Assembly (NCBI GenBank): GCA_963813715.1 | Contig: CAWFAK010000016.1 | Span: forward strand, 288,001-352,000 | From: an uncultured Planctomycetaceae bacterium | GTDB taxonomy: Bacteria > Planctomycetota > Planctomycetia > Planctomycetales > Planctomycetaceae | Direction: 5' to 3' | DNA length: 64,000 bases | Part shown: piece by piece, positions 22,283 through 31,508 of the stretch | Numbering within the stretch: the first letter of the stretch is position 1 | Layout of the letters: each line of letters begins with the position of its first letter | Made by a program: the position numbers and the translations under genes | Notes under the pieces: model-generated | Told to the model about the DNA's origin: nothing | Seen by the model: only the letters and a program-made list of their open reading frames with translations | The model's database searches: none

Positions 22283-23564
22283 ATGAAACTGCGTCATTCC
22301 GCGCTGGTCGTCGTTTTTCTCCTTGTTACCGCTCCGCCAGCATCGGCGAGCGAGCGCGAGTCCAAGCCTTGGGTCGCCTTCCCGGTCACAACTCGCCTTC
22401 AGCACCGGTTGATCTTTGCGTCAAACTCGGATGCCTACGTGCAGATCGACGTCGAATCGTGCTTGCACAATGGCAAATTCGACGTCGCGCGACTCGGCAG
22501 CGAGAGCTTTGCAAAGGACCTGACGGAACTGGCGCGGCAGTCAAGAAAGACCAAGCCTCAATTGCAACTCTGTTTCCGCTACGCCGGTGCTTCGCTCGAT
22601 CGGAAGGAGACGCGTTCCATGGAGAAGTCGGTGAGTGACATCTGCCGGAAAGCCGGTTTCCCTCGCGTCCGTACGATGATGACCGGCGAGGGAGGCATGT
22701 GGACTGAAAAAATGGCAATGCTCGAAACGCTGGCCGACGACGCAGACACAAGCGAGTCGCCGCTGGAAAGCGACGTCGCGCGGGTCTATCCCGTGCGCAC
22801 CCGGCTTTCGCGATTTCTCCTCGGCAACCAGACCGATTGCTTTATCGTCCTGCGGCAGCCGATTGACGGCCGTTTCCAAGACTTCTCGCCTGAGGTGCGA
22901 CGGGAGCTTGCCGAATCGGTGGCGAAACTTGGCGTGGGGCACCGGCGTCGCGTCACATTCAATTGCGACGCGACGACAGCCGGCGAGCAGGTTTTGAGGC
23001 GCTTTACTCAGAACGACGGTCGCTCGTCACCGGCCGCCCCTTTCGTCAAGGAGCTGGGTTTCCAGACGAGCGGCTGGGGCTGGACGCCGATGGGGGTGAA
23101 GCCCGAGAAGCTGCTCGGCAAGCCGGCTCCGGACTTCACGCTCGAGGCGTTGGAAGGCGGCCCGATCCACTTGCGGGAAATGATGCGCGGCCGCGTCGGG
23201 ATCATCGCATTTTGGGGAGTCGGCTGCGGCGCCTGCTGCGAGGAAGCGCGTTACCTGAGCGAACTCTCAAGTCGCCACGCGAACCAAGGCTTGGTCGTCA
23301 TCGGGATCAATGGCTACAACGAAAGCCGGCCCGTCGTGGAGAAGTTCGTGCGCGAAGGGACTCAAGCATTTCATCGCCCTCCAAGGTCGCAAAGTCGCGC
23401 TGGGCCAGTACACCGTCTGGTCGTATCCCGTGACGTTCTTCGTCGACCACACGGGTGCGATTGCCGATTACCACCTGGGCTTCGACGCCGGCGACGAAAA
23501 GTTGCTGGCCAAGACCGTCGAACGCCTGTTGGCGGAGCGCGAAAAGGCAATCGCCAAGAAGTGA
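22283..23564 (+). CDS. Exported TlpA-like redoxin with long N-terminal region, apparent frameshift ~23357
   Basis: GGAG RBS, signal peptide, GKPAPDFTL, FWGVGCGACC, YTVWSYPVTFFVD. Confidence 0.8.
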
Positions 23565-23713
23565 GCCGCCACTTAGAGTTTCGCGACTTGTTTCTACGCT
23601 CCTAGAAACGCCGTCTTGCGGCCCGCGTTGCTACCGGTAGGCTAAACGGTATCCCTCTTGGGACGGGAGCGGAGCCCGGTCGGCGTGCGCCCGGAGCAAA
23701 GAGAAGGCGTGCC

Positions 23714-24314
23714 GGGACGGGACTCGTGGCTTCATCGGGCAAGCCCGGCGAACTTGGCCTCGCCCCTGGTCAGAATCCTGACCGCAACCGACGGGTGAGG
23801 GGCTCGGGACTGGGACCGGGATTCGGATGGGGGACTGGGACGGGACACCGGGACGGGACACGTTGTTTCATCGAGCGAAACCCGGGCCTATTTCACAATC
23901 GCCCTTGGGTAGCTCCTGACCGCTACGGACGGGCGACTTGGCGTTGGATTCGGTCGGGACACCGGGACGGGACAAGTTGTTTTACCGAGCGAAACCCGGG
24001 AGAATTTGCTCACTGGTCAGCTCTTAACCGCAGCCGACGGGCGATTGGAACGGGAATCGGGACGGGACGGGACTCGTTGTTTCACCGAGAAAAGCCCGAG
24101 GAATTTGATGCAGCCTGCTGACGCCGGGACTGGGACGGGACACGTCGTTTCATCGAGCGTAGCCCGAGGAATTTGGCCGCTAACCGCACCGACGGGTGAT
24201 ACGGGACCCTTTAGAGTCCAAGGTCCAAAGTCAGGGAGGGGCCTTAAGGCGGATCGGGATCCGGACGGGCCTCGGGACTGGGACGGGACACCGGGCTGGC
24301 ACTTGGGACGGGAC
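23714..24314. repeat. Degenerate tandem array of five structured units plus GGGAC microrepeats
   Basis: Motif A starts at 23714, 23850, 23964, 24064, 24132; motif B starts at 23768, 23908, 24015, 24175. Confidence 0.9.
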
Positions 24315-24349
24315 GTATCGATCGTCGGCCGCGTGAAGTTTGGTTACGG

Positions 24350-24532
24350 CTATTTGGTCCGCGTCAGTGCGAAGTAGATGACGTAGAGCCAGGACAAAAT
24401 TCCGGCAAGGATCGCCCACAAGATCGAGCGATTGCGGTCCCAGGAGCAGACGACGGCGATAACCGAGCCGAGGCCGATCCCAGTCTGGGTGACAATCACC
24501 GACTGGTCGGCAGCATAGTAGGCAAGCAGCAT
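24350..24532 (-). CDS. Small two-TM membrane protein
   Basis: GIGLGSVIAVVCSWDRNRSILWAILAGILSWLYVIYFAL; GGAG RBS. Confidence 0.8.
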   Translation of the reverse strand: MLLAYYAADQSVIVTQTGIGLGSVIAVVCSWDRNRSILWAILAGILSWLYVIYFALTRTK

Positions 24533-24567
24533 TCGGCTGCTCCGTATGTCGGGTTCGCGAGTTGACC

Positions 24568-25599
24568 CTACTTCTTCAGCAAGTCGGCCATCAGGATCTT
24601 GATTTCAGCATCCGACATGTGCTGCACGGTTGTCCGCAGCATCTTCTCAAAATGCTCGATTTCTTTCGGCTCGCTGGGGTAGCCGATGTTGCCTTCCGCA
24701 GCGTCGCTGTTGATCAGGGGCTTGCCGTCGGCATCGAGGATCACGACCCAGGGAATGCCGCCTTGGGCTTTCGGGCGAAGTTTTTTCATCACGTCGTTGG
24801 CGTGCGTGAATCGCTCGTCGACCGTGATCCAGACGTAGTCCTTTTCGACGAGCGGGCGGTGTTGATCGAGGTACCGGGCCAAGACGTGACACCAGCCGCA
24901 CCAATTGGCGCTCTGTTCGACGAACACGCGTTTGTTCTCGCTGCGAGCCTGAAGCAGCGCATCGGCCAAACGCTTCTGTGCGTCCGGCACGGGCGGTTCG
25001 CCTTTCTTCAGGAATGCGGTGAGCGGCGCTGCTTCCCTTTTCGCGCCCGGCCAGAGCTCAGCGGCGGTCGTGGCTGCGATCAATTGTCCGTCGGGGTCGA
25101 CGACGGCGAGAAGGGCGTCATCGCCCGCTGGAGCGGTTAAGTGCCATTTCTCGAAAAATGTCTTGAGCTCGGACGCTCCTGCGGGGGCCGAGGTGTCGAT
25201 CGCCAAGCGGGTGAAATTCCCGAGCTGTTCGCTAGCTTCCTGGTCACCGTTTCGCATCGCTGAGCCATGAAGGAGAATCGAAAAGAAACGCTGGCAGGCG
25301 TCGCTCTTCCGCGCCGCGGCGAAAATCAGGACGCGATTTTCAAAGAGCCGGGCGTCGACAAGTTTATTCTCGAGCCGCGTTGCGAGCGGCTCTTTGACAT
25401 CCATCGTCCGCGCGATCAGTTTGTCCAGAGCCGGCGAGCGGTAGATCAGCACCTCCGGCTTCTTCTGGCCTTCCTCCGTCGGCCGGTGAGCGGGTGCGGT
25501 CGTTGGTTCCGCTGGTTTGTCGCCATCCGCCACTGCCCATCCACTGAAGCACGCCAACGAGCACGCGACCAGAACGGCCACAGGTTTCTTGTGCAGCAT
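24568..25599 (-). CDS. Exported thioredoxin-fold protein (tandem folds)
   Basis: Signal peptide; C-terminal WCGWC and GIPW; degenerate N-terminal fold (SDAC). Confidence 0.82.
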   Translation of the reverse strand: MLHKKPVAVLVACSLACFSGWAVADGDKPAEPTTAPAHRPTEEGQKKPEVLIYRSPALDKLIARTMDVKEPLATRLENKLVDARLFENRVLIFAAARKSDACQRFFSILLHGSAMRNGDQEASEQLGNFTRLAIDTSAPAGASELKTFFEKWHLTAPAGDDALLAVVDPDGQLIAATTAAELWPGAKREAAPLTAFLKKGEPPVPDAQKRLADALLQARSENKRVFVEQSANWCGWCHVLARYLDQHRPLVEKDYVWITVDERFTHANDVMKKLRPKAQGGIPWVVILDADGKPLINSDAAEGNIGYPSEPKEIEHFEKMLRTTVQHMSDAEIKILMADLLKK

Positions 25600-25818
25600 G
25601 AGGATTTCCTTCGACGGTCGATTCTCAAGCACAAACCGGCACGACAGACTTGCCGTGCGACACGAAGCAACGCCGTCCGAGACTATACCGACTTGCGAAT
25701 GGCGTTTACAGACCCCCCGGAAATGCCGGCAATTGGCGTAATGCGTCCCGCTATGTGGCGCCGGGTCAGGTGATCTATATTGAATTCGGCGCGAACGCGA
25801 ACTTCCAGGAGCACATCG

Positions 25819-26607
25819 ATGAAACTCGGCATGGTGACCTATCAATGGGGGGCGAATTGGGATCTCCCCACGCTCATCAAGAATTGCGCCGACAACGGCT
25901 ACGCCGGCGCCGAGCTGCGGACGACGCATAAGCACGGCGTCGAGGTCACGCTCACCAAGGACCAGCGCGCCGACGTGCAGAAGCGCTTCGTCGACGCGGG
26001 GGTCGAGGTCATCGGCATCGGTTCGACGTGTGAGTTTCACAGCAACGATCCGACCGTCGTGAAGAAGAACATCGAGCTGACCAAGCAGTCTGTCGTGCTC
26101 TCACACGATATCGGCGGGGGCGGCGTGAAGGTTCGGCCCAACGGGCTCGTCAAAGGCAAGGATCGGCACGGCACGGCCGAGCAGATCGGCAAGGCGCTCC
26201 GCGAGTGTGGCCAGTTCGCCGAGGGCTACGGGATGGAGATTCGCCTGGAGGTGCACGGCCGCGAGAGTTCCGATTTGTCGCTGATCGCCGACATCATGCA
26301 GGCTGCCGATCAGGCGAACGTCGGAGTCTGCTGGAACTCGAACGCCAGCGACGTCGTCAACGGCTCGGTGAAAACCAACTTCGATCGCGTCAAGAAAAAG
26401 CTCGGCCGCACCTGCCACATCAACGAACTGTACTCGGGCTATCCCTACCGCGAACTGTTCACGCTGCTGCAGGGAGCCGGCTTCGAGGGCTATTGCCTGG
26501 CCGAGTGCCAGGCGACCACTGATCCGAAGCAAGTGATGCGCTATTACCGCAAGCTGTGGCAGGAACTATCACGCCTGCCAGACACCAGCCGCCCGCACAC
26601 GGTCTGA
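25819..26607 (+). CDS. Sugar phosphate isomerase/epimerase (TIM barrel)
   Basis: ELRTTHKHGVE, IRLEVHG, CWNSN, CHINEL, CLAE; AGGAG RBS. Confidence 0.85.
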   Translation: MKLGMVTYQWGANWDLPTLIKNCADNGYAGAELRTTHKHGVEVTLTKDQRADVQKRFVDAGVEVIGIGSTCEFHSNDPTVVKKNIELTKQSVVLSHDIGGGGVKVRPNGLVKGKDRHGTAEQIGKALRECGQFAEGYGMEIRLEVHGRESSDLSLIADIMQAADQANVGVCWNSNASDVVNGSVKTNFDRVKKKLGRTCHINELYSGYPYRELFTLLQGAGFEGYCLAECQATTDPKQVMRYYRKLWQELSRLPDTSRPHTV

Positions 26608-26642
26608 CGCAGATTGTTTACGCGATGGCGAATTCCGCCGAG

Positions 26643-26662
26643 CGGGGGGTGTCAACCCCCCG
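26643..26662. terminator. GC-rich hairpin between convergent genes
   Basis: CGGGGGGT-GTCA-ACCCCCCG; no U-tract. Confidence 0.45.
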
Positions 26663-26707
26663 AGGCAACCGACTCAATGCTTCAACCGCGCATTCAAGTA
26701 TGAGCAT

Positions 26708-28110
26708 TCAGCTCGCAGTCCCACCAGCCTCGCCCGGCGGCGGGCTCGGATTGCTCGGCGGCACGGGCGGCGACGCCGGCGCGGACGGGTCGATCCGCGG
26801 TTTTTCCGGATCAATTACGCCGGGCACGCGGCGCGGTCCGGCGGCGAAGTCTCCCTCGGGCGGACGTTCGATGACGGGCTGATCGGAGGCGGCCACTCCC
26901 ACGAAGGGACGCAGCTCGTCTTTATCCTCGGTGGGCGGCGGGAACACCTCGCGGAAGTCGGTGGCATCGTCGACGTGCCGCAACAACAGGTAAATCACCG
27001 TGCTGGCTGTCCAGAAAAAGCTGGTGGCAAAAGCCGCGACGAGTAGGCCGACGAGCTGCAGCCAGGCCCCGGCGATATACGTCCCGGCACCGACGTTCGA
27101 CGTCGTCGCCTTGCTGATGAACGCCGGTCCGCCGACCGAGTCGGGTGCGCCGAAGAGCATCTCTGCGGCGCGGGTCGGGCCCATTCCCGACGCGACGCCG
27201 GCCGCCGAAAGATAAACCACCAGCGACGCGACGACGGAAATAAAGGTCGTGACGAACGCCCCATAGGTGATGGCCACGATCGCGAACCACAGGTAGTGCC
27301 AGGGCCGCGTGAAGACGTAGCTATACGAACGACTGAAGGCGTCGAAACCGTCGCTGGCCTCGACGCCGATCGTGGCGTACATCAGCGGCCAGCCAGCGAC
27401 GGCGGCGATCAGAATCAGCGCCATCAGAAAGCCAAAGGCCAGCTCGAGGCCCCACAACAGTCCGAGCGCAGGCGGCCCGATGTAGGGAATGCGACCGATC
27501 CAGCCGCCGATCGTGCACAGGAGCCAAAAGATGCCGATCCCGACGACGGGCAGCAGGGCAGCCGTCATGTACGACAGAAAATTCTCCAGCGAGAAGCGGA
27601 GTGCGCCGGAGAAGGCCATCGGAGCGTCGGTGGCCTGTTCGACGGCCGCGATCCTCGTCATTGCCCCGCCCAGGATCGCCCAGACACACAGTGCCCACAA
27701 GAGCCGCGTCCACGCGAGAGCCTTTTGGCTCCAGCTCGCGTCGGGCAGCAAAATGACACGGGCAGGCTCAAGCACCGTACGCGCGGGTTGCAGCATCCCC
27801 TCCCAACTCGACGCCACCCCGACGAGCGCACCCACGGGTTGTGCACGACTTTGGCGGGGAGATCGAGCGGGTTGTCGGCGGCCGGCCGGTGCCATGTGTA
27901 CGCGACGCGCGATTCGGGAGAGCTTTTGGCCGCGGCGGCAAACGGCAGACTCGTAAAGACCCAATCGCCCACTGCCAGGGCCACGAGCGCCACGCAGCTC
28001 AACGTCAGCATTCGCAGGTCAATGGCCGTGCGGAACACGCGGAATAAGCGCACCCACGGAAAGATCCGCTTCCAATCGACTTTGCCGAGTTCGACAACGG
28101 TATCCGGCAT
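26708..28110 (-). CDS. Polytopic membrane protein, apparent frameshift ~27835
   Basis: Many TM segments, DGFDAFSRSYSY, YLLLR; Pro-rich tail. Confidence 0.75.
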
Positions 28111-28425
28111 CGGTGGCGTGCGTTGGATCCAGGATGTGAGTCAGGAAGAGGCCAAACCTCGATTATATTGCCGAAACCGACCCCGTGCCGCGACCAGCGC
28201 GGCCAAATTTAAGGGTGCCGCGACCGATTTGCGGCCAATTTCGGGACTTTTTGGCCGGGAATTTGGCGGATGGCGCGGGACCTGCGCGTCGAGCCAGTGG
28301 GCGTCGCGTCACGCGATTCGGCACAGCGGCGGCCGAGAGTTGGCGTGAGGTCGAAGACGTTGTCCGCCGAGCTCGTGCCGTTTGAGTGCAATGCCGGCCG
28401 GAGGTGGTCAGCCGGCCCTGCCTGT

Positions 28426-29214
28426 TCAGGCGGCCGTGCCATTCGTCAGAAAGCGGCCGTTGCAGAGATCGGCGACCGAGTCGACGATCGTGTCGGGGCG
28501 ATAGGCGTAGTTGTCGACATCCTCTTTCCGCGTGCTGCCGGAGAGAACGAGGACCGTGCGATAGCCCATCTGCACGCCGCCCAGAATGTCCGTCTCCATC
28601 GTGTCGCCGATCATGATCGTCTCATCGGCAGACAGGCCCAGTTCTTTGCGGGCCGCCCGCATCATCACGGGGCTGGGTTTGCCGACGCTGAACGCCTTGC
28701 GTCCGGTGGCCGTTTCCAAGAGCGCGACGATCGCGCCGCAGCCGGGCCGCATGCCTTGTTGCGTCGGACAGTTCGGATCGAGATTGGTGGCGACGAGCTT
28801 GGCCCCTTTTTGGATCATGCGGACGGCCGTCTCGAACATCTCGAAGTTGAGCGCCCGCCCTTCTCCAACGACCACGTAGTCGGGGTCATGATCGACAATC
28901 GCGTAGCCGTTGGTGTGAAGGGCTTGCAACAGGCCGCCTTCGCCGATGACGAATGCGGTCCCGTTTGGTTTCTGCTGTGCTAAGAAGCGCGCCGTCGCCA
29001 TTGCGCAGGTGAAGACGTGCCGCTCCTCGGCCTGGATGCCCATGCGGCGGAGCTTGGTGGCCACGTCGCGGCGCGTGCGCTGGCTGTTGTTTGTGAGAAA
29101 CAAAAACGGCACTTCCGTGCGTCTCAGGTGATTGACGAAGGTTTGGGCGCCGGCGATCAATTCGGATCCGCGATAGATGACTCCATCCATGTCGATCAAA
29201 AACCCGCGAGCCAT
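28426..29214 (-). CDS. HAD-IIA hydrolase (NagD-like)
   Basis: DMDGVIY, LTNNS, ATNLD, VGKPS, IGDTMETDILGG. Confidence 0.93.
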   Translation of the reverse strand: MARGFLIDMDGVIYRGSELIAGAQTFVNHLRRTEVPFLFLTNNSQRTRRDVATKLRRMGIQAEERHVFTCAMATARFLAQQKPNGTAFVIGEGGLLQALHTNGYAIVDHDPDYVVVGEGRALNFEMFETAVRMIQKGAKLVATNLDPNCPTQQGMRPGCGAIVALLETATGRKAFSVGKPSPVMMRAARKELGLSADETIMIGDTMETDILGGVQMGYRTVLVLSGSTRKEDVDNYAYRPDTIVDSVADLCNGRFLTNGTAA

Positions 29215-29435
29215 AATCTGCCTTTTTTTTCAGCGTACCGACTGAGACTCTGTGCACCGGAAGCAGCTCGGACCGACAGCGCACACGATCCCTCATATTG
29301 AGCCTCGGATTCCCCGGCATGATTTCCAGCCTGTTTTTCGCTGGATTTCCCGCCTCATTTTCGCCGGGAGATTTCAAGATTCGATGAATCGCTCCGGAGT
29401 TTTTGACACGGCGCGCGAGTATTGGCCAAGGGAAG

Positions 29436-29451
29436 TGCAACCGGCGTGCCG
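29436..29451 (-). promoter_or_regulatory. Putative sigma54 -24/-12 promoter
   Basis: Minus strand CGGCACGCCGGTTGCA vs consensus TGGCACG-N4-TTGCW, oriented to the HAD gene. Confidence 0.6.
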
Positions 29452-29601
29452 TTGGACCTGGCCGCGACCATCCTAAAACGCAGAACGTGTCATCGAATTT
29501 GCGCGAAGCGGGGTGCCTGCGGGTTTCGGGCGAGTAAGCGGACGCGGGCGTTCTTGCAGAAATCGCGACCGGGCGATGAAGAATGCGCGGGGCATGAGTC
29601 G

Positions 29602-31373
29602 CTATTTATTTGGCAGCTCGAGCACGCCGTTCCAACCGGTTGGCGGCACGCGATTGTGCTGCGCAATGACGACGCCCAAGAAGTCCTGCGCCGGTCGCTG
29701 GCGGGCATGCGGTGCAGATCCTGGTAGGCGTCTTCCCAACGGCCGTCGATGAAATGCCCGACCGCCTGATCGAAGAACGCGACTTGTTCGTCGGTGAGCA
29801 CGCCCTCGGCCGATGCCGGCGGCAACAGCTCGCTGACGAGGACGGGCGTTTCGATCCCGTAGGGCAGAACTTTCGCGAGTCGCCGCGTCCGCCCTTCACG
29901 CCGGTCAAGCCGCGCGTTGACGATCGCCGCCGTCGCTTCGTCGATCACGATCGGCACTCGCAGCTGCTTGGTCATGCTTTCCAGTCGGCTGGCCAGATTC
30001 ACCACCGGTCCGAACACCGTAACCTTCACCTGCTCAGCCGTGCCGATCTTCCCCGCGACGGCGCGGCCGTGCGCGACGCCGATGCCGACCTGAAAATTCT
30101 TGAGCGGGTGGTCCTGCCGGCCGAACGTCTCCTGAAAGGCGGCGCGGATGCCGAGCGCCGCGCGGCACGCTTCGAGCGGCGCCTCCGGCGAGGAGATCGG
30201 CCAGCCCCAAAAGCCCATTGCGGCGTCGCCCTGGAAGTCGCCGGTCACTCCACCGTGCTTGAGGATCTGGCTCGTCATCACTCCGAGTGCGCGGCTCACG
30301 CGTTCGAGCAGTCCGCGGAGATTGTTGGCCGCCGCCTCCGCCGTTTGGCTGAAGCCGCGGAGGTCGCAGAACAACACGGTGACGTCGCATTCGCGCGGCT
30401 CGAGCAGGGCCGTGTCGAGGTCATCGCCCAAGGCCGACAAGATGGGCGGGGCGAAGAACTGACGCAACCCCGACTTTTGCCGCTCGAAGCGATTGAGCCG
30501 CAACACCGAGCTGACAATCTCCGCGACGAGCTCGGTGAACTTGACGTCGGCTTGCAGGAAAACACCGTCGGCCCGCGCGATCTGTCCGGTCGCCAGCGGC
30601 CGGTCTTGACCGCCCGTGACGTAGATTCCCCAGGACGAGTTGCCGTCGGCGACCGGCGTGCAATAGGCCCAGTCGAACTCCGCCGAGATCGTGTATTTGC
30701 TGTCGGCCAGTTTCGCCGACTCCCAGACGTGCAGCACGCTGCGCCGGCGGCGCAAAATCGCATCGCCGATGAGCCGCGCGCTGGGCTGGACAAGGCCGGC
30801 AGCTTCGCGGCGGCGATCCCAGTTGAGCACGTGAACGGCCCCGGCATCGTCAATTTGGACGATCGCCACCGCCTCGGCGCTGCCGACGCCCGCCAGGATC
30901 AGGCTCGACACCCGTTGATACAGCTCGCTTTGCGTGCGCGCACTCCAGATGACTTCGTGCAGCCGCGTCAATACGTCGAACCGGCGATCGGCATCGCTGA
31001 ACCGCACGTTCCGGAGCACGTGCGGATCGAAGGTGACTTCTTCCAGCGGCCCCGTCTCGCTCAACCGGGACGGGACGGGCCGCTCCAGCGTGAAGGTCGT
31101 CGTGCCGATGACGAAACGCTCCCCCTCCTCGAGCGAGAAACGCCCGGACTGCCGCCCGTTGACGAAGACCGGATTGCGCGCTTCGGGCAGCATCTCGACG
31201 CTCAAACGGCCGTCGGCCAGCGTCAGACGGACATGACGGCGGGAAATGTGCGCGTCCCAGGGAACGGCCAAATCCGCGCCGCCGTCGCGGCCGAGCAGAT
31301 ACGCGCGGGCCGACTCCAGGTCGTGCCGCCACTGCTGGCCGCGATCCAATCCTTGTGCGACGAGGACGAACAC
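29602..31373 (-). CDS. FHA + GAF-like + class III nucleotidyl cyclase, apparent frameshift ~29690
   Basis: FHA GR...SRRH...N; VLFCDLRGF, DFQGDA, VFGPVVNLASRLE. Confidence 0.88.
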
Positions 31374-31508
31374 TGGCGGTTCTCTTCGGCCCGTGCGAGG
31401 GAAGACAACGATCCGGTTCCCGCGCGCTACAGCCCGCGCGGCGTCGGCGTCCCGAGGCCGCCGCCCGTCCCGCGATTCGGCCTCAGGGGCCAGAAACGGG
31501 GCGTGCGA

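Noticed and set aside
23714..24314. CRISPR array, integron attC array or hammerhead ribozyme interpretation of the repeat
   Set aside because: Repeats are degenerate, spacers vary widely and share motif B, and there are no cas or intI genes. I found no clear RYYYAAC/GTTRRRY boundaries and no CUGANGA core.
23726..24377. ORFs with repeated GHRDGTRCF.ERNPG peptides
   Set aside because: By-product of the DNA repeat. Only one of four unit spacings is a multiple of 3, and there is no convincing start.
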